This document shows positions 49,450 to 64,000 of a stretch of DNA of 64,000 nt, piece by piece. The translations under genes and the position numbers were made by a program. The first letter of the stretch is position 1. The number at the start of each line of letters is the position of its first letter. This DNA is from Octopus vulgaris (Eukaryota). Where the stretch lies: contig OX597835.1 in assembly GCA_951406725.2 (NCBI GenBank), forward strand, positions 3,038,001 to 3,102,000, read 5' to 3'. The notes below the pieces were generated by a model, which did no database searches, was not told the origin of the DNA, and saw nothing but the letters and a program-made list of their open reading frames with translations.

Positions 49450-50630
49450 CGAGATGGTATCAAAAACTTCCCGGACTAGTTCTGTAGTGCGCCAACAGAT
49501 GGCAGCACACGGCTGCGTGCACAGTGAGAGCTAGTAGTGACCCGAGGGACATCGTTTTGTTTACTTTGCAAGTCGTGAAATTTGTGTTTTTGTGATCCCG
49601 TGTATGCTGTACTCAGCGATTTTGTCACGGACAGGAACAATGAGCAAACGTGACGCTCAGTAGTAGCTGTGTGGTAAGTAGCTTGCTTATTGAGGACATG
49701 GTTCCGAGTTCAGTCCCACTGCGTGGCACCTTGGGCAAGTGTCTTCTACTATAGCCTCAGGCCGACCAAAACCTTGTGTGTGGATTTGGTAGACGGAAAC
49801 TGAATGAAGCCCGTCGTATATATGTATATGTATAAATATATGTTTGTGTGTCTGTGTTTGTCCCCTAACATCGCTTGACAACCGATGCTGGTGTGTTTAT
49901 GTCATCGTAGCTTAGCGGTTCGGCAAAAGTGACAGATAGAATAAGTACTAGGCTTACAAAGAATAAGGCCTGGGGTTGATTTGCTCGACTAAAGGCGGTG
50001 CCCCAGCATGGCAGCAGTCAAATGACTGAAACAAGTATGAGAGTAAAAGAGAGAGAGTGAAATTTTGCGTTATACTTGGCAGGTCTTCTACAGATGAAGC
50101 AAAGGATCGTAGGCAATGTTTCGAGTGGCACAGGCGCCTCAAAAGCGGAAGAATACCCCTGGGAGACAATGAGCGATCCGGAAGACCTGCCATGAGCATC
50201 ACTCGCAGAAATCTGGTACTTTGCATTGCGAGTTCATCCCCTAGGGCCAGACCGTAAATCGAGAGTTCTACTGAGACGTTTTGAAGTGTTTGAGGGCGCT
50301 CATTCGGCGAAATTGACCGGATTTATGAAGCGCGAAGAAGGGGGTACTTCACCGAGCTCTCCCCCCTCGTGTGTTTCCCTCCAAAAAAAAAAAAAGAAAA
50401 CAACATGGTATCGCTTCCACCTGTGGACTTCCAGCCTCTTCCCCCAAGATGAAAATGGTGCTCAAAAGTCGCCGTTTTAACACCATTGTCGAGATCCAGA
50501 GCGAATTGCAGAAAGTCCTCGACTGGCTTACAGAAAACGACTTCTAAGCCAGATTTCACAAGTGGTACGAACGCTGGGATTGCATATTGCTGCGCAAAGT
50601 GACTATTTAGAAGGAGATGATGTTAAAACT
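49450..50630 (+). mobile_element. mariner element (left TIR plus internally deleted transposase pseudogene), interrupted by a SINE
   Basis: TA|CGAGATGGTATCAAAAACTTCCCGGAC; VKFCVILG..QCFEWHRRLKSGR..DNERSGRP; EFIPLGQTVN; LFPKMK..RFNTIVEIQ..W..DYLEGD. Confidence 0.85.
49652..50056 (+). mobile_element. SINE family A, full length, nested in the mariner element
   Basis: Near-identical to 47870-48284. Confidence 0.9.
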
Positions 50631-51113
50631 TAGGTAAATAAGTTTTGTTTTAATAATAAATAAATGCAGCCTTTTAAAGCCTATCCAGGTTCATGTGCAA
50701 AAATTATATGCGATAAATCAACTATACTTCTTCAATACGTAAAATATTTTATCAATGATTTCATACAATTCCTAATAATATTCAATTACAAAAACATAAT
50801 GGGTTTTTTTAAAACTTCAAATGGTCTTGAAGAACTACCCGAATAAATCAAGACTCAAAGGCGGCCACAGGAAAAAAAATGATTGCGACAAAACTGGCTT
50901 TTTAAGCTTCCCATTCGAAGTGAGTCAATAATGTTATATTTGATCTCAAATTGTCATAAAAGTCTAAAACCCGAGGGCCATTGCCTAAGCTACACACGCA
51001 TAACTGGAAAAATACTTTGATGCTATTTACTTCCCTCACGTTTCAGCAAATATAAAAATCTTAATATCGTATATAATAACTTTATTTCGATTTAATCTCG
51101 TTTTTTAGTTATT

Positions 51114-51172
<59 letters not shown>

Positions 51173-51288
51173 CGGAATGGTCATATTGCCAGTTTAGCCA
51201 ATAAAAACACACGCATTCCGAAATATAACAATATCTGTTTCAACACACGACTTCACATAAAAAAATCTTGCACAACAAATATTTAAAC

Positions 51289-51365
<77 letters not shown>

Positions 51366-51755
51366 ATTCTTCGTATAGCTAAAAGCATTGATTTTTTTTT
51401 TTGTGAATATAAAGAATTTAACGGTCGTACGTTCACATTTCAGCCCTTTATTCTTCTAAATCCCTACTGCTTATTCACTTCCTCGAAACACCCCCATCTT
51501 GTTTTTGTTTGTTTTTTTTTTTTGTTTTGTGTTTTTTCCTGATTCACGACTCATTGATTTCTTTCTTGTTTCATCCTTACATTCGCAATTTACTATGTTT
51601 TTCTCACTTCGAAAGTTTTCTCCCTCACTTTCTTTCTCTTTCTCTCTCTCACTCTCACATACACGCACACGCACACACACACATACATACATACATACAT
51701 ACATACATACATACATACATACATACATACATACATACATACATACATACATACA

Positions 51756-51804
<49 letters not shown>

Positions 51805-51841
51805 TTATAAATACATATATATATATACATACATATATATA

Positions 51842-51877
<36 letters not shown>

Positions 51878-52249
51878 TATATATACAACTCTGCACACAT
51901 TTATATTTATTACCATACACACACCCACACACGTATATATACACAACACATGTATGTGATGTGCACTCATTAACTTATATTTTAATAAAACTTTGTCACA
52001 TAATAAACAGATTTGTTACATACACACACACACATATATACATATATATATACGCACACACACATATATATAAACATATACACACATATACAAAAACATA
52101 TCTACCTTGCGTGCACCTATTAACCTCTTCTTTACTACCAATATGTGACCAAATAGAGTACAAAAGCCATTTATGCCAGGAACTATTCAAAAACTTCTTC
52201 TATCAAGTGTTGGGATTCTTCCATTTAATTTCTCTCCGTTGCTTTCTCC

Positions 52250-52730
52250 ATTCTTCCTCTTTCGCCCTCTTCCTTCTACCCCACCTCCTCCTCCTCCTCC
52301 TTATTTTCTTCTACATCTTCATTTTCTCTTCTTCCTTATCTTCTTTCTGTAGCACTATTATTACTAATACTACCACCACAACTACTACTACTACGACTAC
52401 TTCGTTATTTCTTTCATCTTTTACGACTTTTTTCATGTCATTTCTCTTCTTTGCCTCTTTTATTTTCTTCTTTTTTTTCTAGTCTTCATCTTTTACCGCC
52501 ATTTCTGTTTTGTTTTCTTCAATATTTACATCTTTTTCTCCTAGACCACCTTCTCCTTCCCTCCCTCCTCCTCCTCCTCCTCCTCCTCCTTCTCCTCCTT
52601 CTCCTTCTTCTTCTTACTCCTCTTCTTCTTCTTTTTCTTCTTCTTCTTCATCATCATCATCATCATCACCGTCGTCGTCATCGTTATCATCTTTTCTTTC
52701 TTCTACATCATCGTCTTCTTTTTCTCACCT
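52250..52730. repeat. pyrimidine-rich low-complexity tract (CCT/CTT/CAT)
   Basis: Direct inspection. Confidence 0.85.
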
Positions 52731-52837
52731 TCCTTAATTATAATTTTAATATTTTTTTCTGTTTTATTTTGTCGTTTTTCTTATCTATTCTCTCATCTGT
52801 TTATTAATTTAACGTCTTTTCATTTCTATATCTATTT

Positions 52838-52943
<106 letters not shown>

Positions 52944-52992
52944 CATATATATATATATATATATAAATATATAATATATATATACACACACA

Positions 52993-53075
<83 letters not shown>

Positions 53076-53315
53076 ATTGATTGATTGATTGATTGAAAAG
53101 GCTATATATTGTTCTTTTGTTTGCTATTTTCGTTAATATTATTTATGTTTTTGAACTTTAATCTCTATTCCGAGGCAACACCAATAACAACAACAACAAC
53201 AACAATAAATCCAACAAATGCAATTCCATTTTCTGAAATGCTGTTATAACTAAAGTACCAAATCTTTACTCTAGCGCCTCGCCATTAGATATAACAGCTG
53301 TCAGGTTAAATATTG

Positions 53316-53403
<88 letters not shown>

Positions 53404-54404
53404 ATAAGCAAAACAGATATTTCCTTTTATTCAAATTGCTCGAGCAATAAGTTATTTTTTCCATTTCATTTCCCGATTTTGCTTTCATCAATATTTGCGT
53501 CGTATTTTGCCATTTATTTTTTTTTTTCAAGTTCTGAGTTCAAATTTTGCCGAAGATAACTTTTCCTTTAATCACTCCATGGTCATTGAAATAAAGTATC
53601 AGACAAACTGGAGTTAATGGTATCAGTTAACCACTCCCTTCAGAGCTGCTGACATTGTATCCAAAGTAAAAGCCACATCGGGAAAATGCTTCCGGTATTT
53701 CCTCCAGCTCGCTTCATTCTAATCCGGACAATATCAACTTCTATTTTTATCCATCCGACATTCATAAAATACAGTAACATTTCAAATACTGTGGTCATCT
53801 TAGGCTTTGTACTTTCATCAAAAACAATTTAGTACTTCACAACAGGTCCGGTTTTTAGCCAATTAGACATTTATTCAAATTGGATCTCACCCCTAGTGAG
53901 GTCCCTGCGTACACGCTCGAGTTGAGGATGCTATGATAGATTTTTAGTTTATCATTGTGGATAATGGTGAAGCCTCACGCCCTCAACGCTTCTGAGCTGG
54001 AAATGGCGTATTACACGAAGTATAAAACATCAAATTTCAGCTTTTGCAGAGTAGGAGCTCCACTAAGAATTTTCTATTTGGCCGCCCACTTCCTAGCGCC
54101 AGCCCTTCCTCAGATAAATTTTCAGATAAATTATTACTGCCTCACCTGTTACACCTCCGTGTTGCTGGCGTGAGTGCAGAATTGTCTTTTTGTTGTTGGG
54201 AGTGTGCAAACTCTTCCCGGCATTGTATTGCATCAGTTTCTTTTTTATGGGGTGTAGTGTTTTCTTGTATTAGTGTGTGTATTTTGTATTGTGTACTGTG
54301 TGTCTAATGCGTTGGATAAAAGCCTGCTGGTGGTAGTTTATTTCATTGGACATTTGCTACATAGAGTGTATCTTGTGTTTGTGGATTGTTTTGTTTACGC
54401 TGTA

Positions 54405-54670
54405 TTATTGCAATGATAGTGTCTTGCGTAGGATGTGAGCTGTTCCTAGCAGGGCTATTTTGGAGGGATAAGGGGTAGTGTTGAGGATCCAGGTATAGCT
54501 TCTATGTTTTTGTTCATATATTTTGTTTATTTTTCAAGCCCAATGCTCCAATTACTGTTGGTATTGTTTTCATCTTCACGCCCCACATCTTGAACACTTC
54601 AGTTTCGAGGACTTTGAACTTTGACAATTTCTCCACTCCTTTTTGGCGAGAAGGGACTGCAATGTCCGGC
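54405..54670 (-). mobile_element. R4/Dong-like REL-endonuclease C-terminus (divergent subfamily)
   Basis: Manual translation DIAVP..EKLSKFKVLETEVFKMWGVKMKTIPTVIGALG..KIALLGTAHILRKTLSLQ*, with frameshifts. Confidence 0.85.
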
Positions 54671-54674
54671 ATTC

Positions 54675-54860
54675 ACCATGATAGATCACTAGCCATTCCA
54701 CATTCTTTATTTTCTCTCTTTGTTTCTTTCTGTGTTCCTTTCTGTGGAAGGCTCGAAACGTTAAAGACCTTTTCACTTCCCGAGCGTTATACTAATATGT
54801 CAGTTTGTTGTATACACCACCTGTTTTCGTCTTTTGTTTTTTTTTTTTGTGAATGCTCTC
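54675..54860 (+). mobile_element. hammerhead-bearing terminal-repeat unit (same family as 28918-29148) ending in (TA)n
   Basis: ccatgatagatc..cttt-CTGTGGA-aggctc-GAAACGTT-aaag..tacaccacct. Confidence 0.7.
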
Positions 54861-54893
54861 TATATATATATACATACATACATATATATATAT

Positions 54894-54933
<40 letters not shown>

Positions 54934-54936
<3 letters not shown>

Positions 54937-55098
54937 CGTGGCTGTGTGGTAGGAAGCTTCCTTTTCAACCAAATTCTTCCGGGTTTAGTCCCACTGCGTG
55001 GCACCTTGGGCAAGTGTCTTCTACTATAGCTGCGAGTCGACCAAAGCCTTGTGAGTGGATTTGGTAGACGGAAACTGAAAGAAGCGTGTCGCATATAA

Positions 55099-55141
<43 letters not shown>

Positions 55142-55365
55142 GTATATATTCATGTGTCTTTGTGTCTGTGTTTGTCCCCCTACCATCGCTTGACAACCGA
55201 TGTTAGTGTGTTTATGTCCCCGTAACTTAGCGTTTCGGTAAAAGTACTAGGCTTACAAAGAAAAAGTCCTGGGGTTCTATTTCTTCGACTAAAACCCTTT
55301 AAGGCGGTGCTCCAGCATGGCCGCAGTCAGATGACTGAAACAAGTGAAAAGAAAAGAAGAAAGAA
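54934..55365 (+). mobile_element. SINE family A
   Basis: Matches 47870-48284. Confidence 0.9.
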
Positions 55366-55469
55366 TTATAGAAGGTATATGTGTGTATTTGTGTGTGTGT
55401 GTAAGTATGTGTGTGTGTTTGTTTGTGTGTATTTGTGTGTGTGTGTTTGTGAAAGTGTGTGTGTGTGTA

Positions 55470-55509
<40 letters not shown>

Positions 55510-56215
55510 TGTGTCCGTGAGTGTTTGTTCGCTCGTGTTCGTGTGTCATTTTATATCTATTTGTACCTCACCACCGCTTGAGAAGTGGTGTTGGTTTGTT
55601 TGCATTCGCTAATTTAGTGGTTCGGTAATAAAAATACCGATAGAATAAATACCAAGCTTTCGAAATAATCCTTTGAATCGATTCGTTCGACTAAACCCTG
55701 TGAATGCGATGTCCCTTCCTAACCAAGTAAACGATAAATCATTAAAGACTCGTTTGTACGTATTGTGTGCTTCCGTGTGTATGCATATAATATGCAAATA
55801 TGTAAGCACGTACACATGCATATATGCATCTACCTGCATATATATATATATAAATATGCGTTTTCTAAGCTAAATATATGCGACAGCATGTCCCATCTAT
55901 TTTGTCTCTGCAAGTATGGCGGTGGCTTGTTGGACCACCACTTACTTCAGCTGCAAATACTCAAAGAATATCTGACAGATCATATAACATAAATAATTCC
56001 CGTTAATAGACATTCCAAACAAACATTGCTGACAACCAATCAAGAAAACCACTTTAACAAGAAAATATTACATCCGGCCATCTTCTTTCTAATATTCCCT
56101 TCCACTTTATAAAACCACTGTCAATTTGGAAGCTTTTTGCGACTTCCATTTCAATAGAAATATATTACACTTCAATTATGAGACAGGGAGTGATTATGCA
56201 AGATATATTATCGAA

Positions 56216-56937
<722 letters not shown>

Positions 56938-57007
56938 ATTCAGCAGGGGGCGGTGGCGATTCCTGCTGTATTCTTTCGCCACAACTTCTTCTCATTCTTT
57001 CTTCTGT

Positions 57008-57322
57008 TGGCCTGCTCGCTTAGCGGGGTGGCGTCATTTCAAAGCTAAAACAATGCGCTTCGCATTGTGACCAGCGATGTGTAGCAACATCTGATAGCCT
57101 GGTCGGTTACGGTGAACACGGTAATATAAAATCCTGTTTGTCCTCTCTGTGTTTAGCCCCTTGTGGGTAGTAAAGAAATAGGTAATATAAACGGGTAGAG
57201 ATCCCTTTCGGTTATGAATGACCATGAGATTGCACCTAGAAAGTTCCCCTCTGAAGCACAAGTCTAGGCAAAAGTTGTTTATGGAAGCCCAGCAGTTGGC
57301 CATGCATACCAGTCTCCCCTCT
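57008..57322. mobile_element. cluster of SINE 3' tails (alternative C tail +, B tail +, C tail -)
   Basis: 57008-57115 matches 17726-17812; 57135-57182 matches the B tail; 57200-57322 matches 29495-29615. Confidence 0.7.
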
Positions 57323-57516
57323 CAGACATCTTCCGTTCTCGTTCATCTCTGGTGCGATTCGTTTCGCCTGGTTACGAGATATTCTTTTAACCTGCACGCC
57401 TTTAAAGGGACTTTCATTGAACGAAATACTGCAACCGAAAAGGGTTTAAACAATACACATGCATTGTGTGACGTAGATAATGTTTACCTTATTAGGGCTA
57501 CTTCTGACCCAAAGTT

Positions 57517-57558
<42 letters not shown>

Positions 57559-58657
57559 CATATACATATACATGTACATATACGTTACAAGTTCTGCTGA
57601 AAGGAGAAACCCAGAAAAGAAGGAAATAAATAAAGAAAGAGAGAGAGAAGGAAAGCGAATGAAGGTGAGAGACTGTGAGAGAAGGAACACTTGCCGTACA
57701 TCATTGTCAACTGCAAATACATAAATTGCTGCTCCATTCTTTTACGCTTAAAATCCTTCTCATTCCAGTTGTGTCCCATCATCTGCTACTCATTCCCCTC
57801 CTCCCCTCCTGACCAATCGTGTATTTGATATGAAATCGAAAATATATTCTCTTGCACAATAGCAATGACAAATGCCTTTGATATTGCGTTTTATGTTACG
57901 ATTAAAAAGACATAAAGTACAGACTGTTAGACGTCTGCGTCCAACATTACCTCCATTTTACCTCCATTTTCTGTCAATTACTGGACGCTAGAGTGACGTA
58001 GATCACACAACTTTGAAAAGAGAGAAAATGAAAATAGCGGAAAGAAACAAAATGAATGAAAAATCTAAGAACGAAATTGAATCATGGGAGTTAAAACAAA
58101 CCTTCCTTCTCTCATGTTTTTATTCATTTCTTCTCCTATTCTCCCTTCCAGTTTCTATTGACCATATTTTCGTGGTACTTTCTATTCGTTTATTTGTTGG
58201 TTATTTTTCTTCCGTTGTTTATTATCGTCTGCTATAAATATTAAATGTAAAGGTGCAGACGATGATTAAGTATTACAATAACTTATACGCTGAGTTGTAA
58301 AATAAAACAAATGGCTATTATAAAAGCACAATCAGTGGTGTTTCGAAGTCTTTCTAATACAATTCACGCATGCTGAAGGCACATCAAGACAATACAATCC
58401 AAATCCTTCATTAACTCTTTCAGAAGTCTATGCAACGCACAGCGAAACCAAATATACTGATCGACAATTAAAGAATAATCGCCTTAAGCTTTATTTATCA
58501 CCCTCTTATCACAAGGTTGCATGAAATAATTAGCCTTATCGTAAATTCACATGATGCCGATTGACTATGCGATCGGTTGAATGCATGTGCGAACACACAT
58601 GTATATGTGTGTGTGTATGTATGAATGTATATATGAATGTGTATGTATGAATGTATG

Positions 58658-58690
<33 letters not shown>

Positions 58691-58711
58691 ATATACATGT
58701 ATATATACGTG

Positions 58712-58748
<37 letters not shown>

Positions 58749-58855
58749 TTGTGAACATATATATACGTCTATATCTATAGATATACATACGCACTCACAC
58801 ACACACACACATATACATATATGCATTTGTATATACGTATGTATATGTATCCATG

Positions 58856-58886
<31 letters not shown>

Positions 58887-58973
58887 GCGAGAGAGAGAGA
58901 GAGAAAGAGAGAGAGATAACACTTTTTCCAGAAGATCGTTGTGTCTGCAGGGTTTCTATATCTTATTTATATT

Positions 58974-59028
<55 letters not shown>

Positions 59029-59054
59029 TATATATATATATATTCACATGTATT

Positions 59055-59480
59055 GAGGTAGTTGTGTGGGAAGACGTTTGCTTCCCAACCACATGGTTCC
59101 AGGTTCAATTCCACTGTGTGGCAACTTGGGCAGGTGTCTTCTACTATAGCCTTGGCTCGACCAAAGCCTTATGAATAGATTTGGTAGACGGAAACTGAAA
59201 GAAGCCCGTCGTGTGTATGTGTATGAGTGCGTGTGTGTGTGTGTGTGTCTTTGTGACTATATTTGCCCCCCCCCCCCCCACAAGTGCATAACAAACGGTG
59301 TTGGTGTGTTTACGTCTCTGTAAACGGGCAGCTCTGTAAAAGACACCGATAGAATAAGTAACCGGATTGAAAAGAAAATTATTATTGGGATCGATTAGTT
59401 GGACTGAATTTCTTGAAGGCAGTGCCCCAGCAAAGCCGCAATCTAAACAACAGACTGAAACCAGCAAAGGATAAAAGATG
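59055..59480 (+). mobile_element. SINE family A, diverged
   Basis: caaccacatggttccaggttcaattccactg..ggtagacggaaactgaaagaagcccgtcg..ggcagtgccccagca. Confidence 0.85.
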
Positions 59481-59969
59481 AAAGTTAATATATGCAACTC
59501 CTGCTAAATGTATTGAGTGCAACTTAGGTTCGTTTGTTCCCTTATCCCTTTATCATTACTTTTATCCTTATTGATTGCGTTGTTGAATCATATTGACCCA
59601 CAAGACATTATTCTGTTCATAAAATGCCAAATTTATGAGATGCTGACGTTAGTTCTGTCCTCAATGTATATAATCTGCGAGTTCTTAAAAGGATTTGTCA
59701 AAAGTACTTCAATTCTCCTGCTGAATTTTCATGAATTACATTTTGCTTTCAGCGAAATTCATTTTACTTTACAATATTAATAATATAGCAAAAACAACAT
59801 ACATCTTCTCTTTTCATCTTTTCTTTACTTTTTTTCTCTCATTTTATTGCGTCCCCCACCACCGCTGCCCTTTTTCACAGTTTCACGGTCTGCAAAGGAA
59901 TCATATATGATAACGTGTGTGTGTGCGTCTTTGTCTGTTTGAGCTCGTACTGTTTATGTATATATGTAC

Positions 59970-60011
<42 letters not shown>

Positions 60012-60557
60012 ATATATATGTATGTATACGTATAAACATATATATACGTATATGTATATATATACGTATATATAGGTGTGTATATGGATGTATATAGAGA
60101 TAGAGATATATAGATATTTGTATATATACATATATAGATAGATATATACATATACACATATATAAACATATATATATATATATATATATAAATATGCATA
60201 TATATTTATATACATATATATACGTATGTATATGTATATATATATATAACTATATATACACACACATATATAGATATGTACGTGTGACTGTGCGCGTAAG
60301 TGTGTGTGGAGAGAGGGAGAGAGAGAGAGAGAGAGAACTCTGTTGGTGGCTAGGGGTAGCCAGGTAGCTATAACTAAACTTGTGAGAGTGTAAATGTTTT
60401 TGCATCTACATTTACAAGAGAGCGCGTGAATTTTATAGCAGCACTCAGACTACACAGAGTAATAACACGGAGCAATCACATTACAATACTCAGACACAAA
60501 CACAGACACAGACACACACACACACACGCATATATATATATATCGAATTAAAAACAT

Positions 60558-61109
60558 ACGAAGGACAATTGTCAGCTCATAACAGCTGTTTCTCACGTAA
60601 CTTTTAATAGCAGAATGAGAACATTACGTCATTATAAAGGACAGTAGTCAACAGATAAGAAGTAAATTTACTAAATAAAAGAATACCCAGGAATACAGCA
60701 GGGTTAAGTCTATCAAGGCCAGCTATGAATGTGAGAATGAGCAACTATGTTGGCAGTTTAGGTTAACCATGTAGTTCCTTAAAGTGTGTAATTTGGTATT
60801 TAAGGTCACTGACTCGAGTGAGAATGAGTCTGCTAGAATAGCTCATGGGTGGATTGAAGTGGGTTGTAGAAGAAAATTAATTGATCTAGTCTAGCAGGCT
60901 TCTTCTCACCCGCCAAAATAGTTACTCATTCTCCCATTTATAGCTCGTCTCGACAGACATATCCCTGCTGTATTCCTGAATATTCTTTTATTTCGTAAAA
61001 TTACTTCTCATCTATTGATTACGGATTTTTGTAACGGAGTAATGTTCTCATTTTTCTAATAAAAAGTTACGTAAGAAACAGCTGTGACGACCTGACAGTT
61101 ATCCATCGT
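60558..61109. repeat. diverged inverted repeat (arms about 60558-60756 and 60910-61109)
   Basis: Arms align by eye; same family as 9700-9990. Confidence 0.85.
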
Positions 61110-61239
61110 CTGTTATTATTCATTGGATTATAATACACCAAGGGGATTACGACTCCTCGGACACCCTAGAGTATACCAACAATGCGCTACTCAAAGTTAC
61201 GCGTGATTTGGACCAGACCCCTAGGAGATAAATACTCAT

Positions 61240-61416
61240 ACACACATACATACATACATACATACATACATACATACATACATACATACATACATACATA
61301 CATACATACATACATACATACATACATACATAAATACATACATACATACATAAATACATACATACATGCATGCATACATACATATATACATACATACATA
61401 CATACATACATACATA

Positions 61417-61447
<31 letters not shown>

Positions 61448-62345
61448 CATACATACATACATAATACATACATACATGCATGCATACATACATAATACAT
61501 ACATACATACATACATACATACATAAAGACATACATACATGCATGCATACATATATACATACATACATACATACATGCATACATGCATACATGCATGCAT
61601 ACATACAAACATACATACATACATACATGCATGCATACATACATGCATGCATACATACATACATACATGCATACATACAAACATACATACATACATACAT
61701 ACATGCATGCATACATATATACATACATACATGCATGCATACATACATACATGCATGCATACATATATACATACATACATACATGCATACATACATACGT
61801 GCATACATACATACATACACACATACATACATACATACATACATACATACATACATACATACATACATACATACATACATACATACATACATACATACAT
61901 ACATACATAAATACATACATACATACATACATAAATACATACATGCATACATACATACATACATATATACATATATACATACATACGTGCGAACGTGTGA
62001 ATGTTGACTGTACATAACTAAATATCAAATTAGCTGCATACATATCCATTTAGCTCTTCAGCCACCTGCACATCTAACTGTATGCACACACACACACACA
62101 CACGTACATACATACATACAGACGTATGCACACACACACACACACACACGTACATACATACAGACGTACGAACGTATATACACACACATACATACATACA
62201 TACATACATACATACATACATACATACATACATACATACATACATACATACATACATACATACATGCATACATACATACATACAAACATACATACATACA
62301 TACATACATACATACATACATACATACATACATGCAAACATACGT
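61240..62345. repeat. large degenerate (CATA)n satellite in two blocks
   Basis: Direct inspection; this is the source of the 250-300 aa MYVC/HTYI pseudo-ORFs. Confidence 0.95.
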
Positions 62346-62914
62346 ACGTACGCACCTCCGTATGTTAAAGCGACACACAGACACAAACAACATAATGTTT
62401 AAAACGAGACACAAGCATTTTAGCAGAAGCTAGACATGATTTCTATGTATAAAAGCGAGTGTATAGGTCTATGTATGCGCGCATGCGTGTTCGTGCGTCG
62501 ATAACTACATGGATACCATACACATATCAGACTTGAGAATTATCGAATCATAAACTCCAGCAGTTCTCGTCGCCATTTACCATTTTCACCAAGAAATAAG
62601 CTGACACTACAGAATTCCGTCATTATTTTGACTATTACTTGTCCACGATGTGACCTTACAGAGACAATGGCCGTTTCCGAAACAGATACCATTCCATATG
62701 TTACACGCGCCATTTTGGTTCTTCTGGCTACGCCCACCCTTTCCAGCTGGCATTGTTCCATTCGGGTATTGTTTAGAGTTTCGTCATTTGGATTTCCTCT
62801 GCGACTCCTTTCAACGTGTTCATTGTCTTCTTATTCTTCTTCTTTCTAATTTGGATTTACTTTCCCTCTGCTTCGTCTCTACTTCTACTTCATCATCATC
62901 ATCATCATTTTATG

Positions 62915-63259
<345 letters not shown>

Positions 63260-63581
63260 GGGAAATAGAGGTAACTCGAATGTGCAATCTAAAAACAGAA
63301 ATGGCAATAGAGGTAACTCCAATGTGGAATCTAAAAACAGAAACAATTCCTATCATAGTAGGCGCATCAGGTATGATAAAAAATATCCAGACAAATATAT
63401 AACAAAAACACCAGGACTTACAAATATATATAACATACAGAAAACAGCACAGCACACATCCTACGTAAAGCACTCTCAATACAGTAACCATCAGAGCATC
63501 ACAACAAATCACAGCACATACCCAAGGCACACAGAGCTGCGCTCGGTAGTGAAGCGAAAGCACGATACAAAAGTAAAACTA

Positions 63582-63584
<3 letters not shown>
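63260..63584 (+). mobile_element. R4/Dong-like 3' end between (TAA)n arrays (copy 2)
   Basis: IEVTPMWNLKTETIPIIVGASGMIKKYPDKYITKTPGLTNIYNIQK.., with the same 3' UTR. Confidence 0.9.
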
Positions 63585-63657
<73 letters not shown>

Positions 63658-63690
63658 GTAATAATAATAATAATAATCATAATAATAATG

Positions 63691-63739
<49 letters not shown>

Positions 63740-63785
63740 CAACAACAACAATAATAATAGTAATAATAATATTAATAATAACAAT

Positions 63786-63903
63786 ATGCCCTGATACAGT
63801 ACCAGGCAGTGGCTCTCATGGCTTCTCATCTTAACTGATTGGAAGTGTTATCATGTATATTCTTTTGTCTTGGTATAAAAGATGAGGTCCAGCAAACATC
63901 CTG
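63786..63903 (+). mobile_element. terminal fragment of the 40429-40984 element
   Basis: atgccctgatacagtaccaggcagtggctctcatggcttc.. matches the reverse complement of about 40865-40984. Confidence 0.85.
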
Positions 63904-64000
63904 AACCGTCCTCGGATACAGAGGATTCGGAATCTAAACTAGGGTCTGAAAGTTTTATCACACCATAGTGGGTTACACCATGGTTCCTCTGCTTTGTGAC

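Noticed and set aside
55940-55978. Possible minus-strand micro-exon (cag|..ctgaa|gtaagt)
   Set aside because: Splice-like motifs alone are expected by chance; no coding or transcript support.
61147-62049. 300-aa ORF and many other long YI/HT/CV/MYVC/poly-I/poly-N ORFs
   Set aside because: Translations of (TA)n, (CA)n, (CATA)n and (TAA)n, which lack stop codons in some frames; not genes.
62540-62880. Short ORFs in a higher-complexity stretch
   Set aside because: No recognisable product or exon structure.

Overview
AT-rich metazoan DNA, almost entirely repeats, with no host protein-coding gene, rRNA, tRNA gene or CRISPR array that I can support. The long ORFs in the track are almost all translations of microsatellites. 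The repeat repertoire matches my recollection of Octopus/coleoid cephalopod genomes (inference, not a database result). Contents: three or more tRNA-derived SINE families; decayed mariner, maT (DD37D) and Tc3-like transposases; Tc1, Tigger and hAT MITEs; a non-autonomous Helitron; CR1/L2-like and RTE LINE fragments; R4/Dong-like fragments sitting in (TAA)n; and Penelope-like (GIY-YIG) fragments. The most striking signal is a window-wide set of short non-coding units, usually next to (TA)n tracts and often folded back as inverted repeats, that carry minimal type-I hammerhead ribozyme (HHR) folds with palindromic stem III. Different units show the core 3:8 pair as C:G, G:C, U:A and, tentatively, A:U. 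All folds were read by eye; none were computed.
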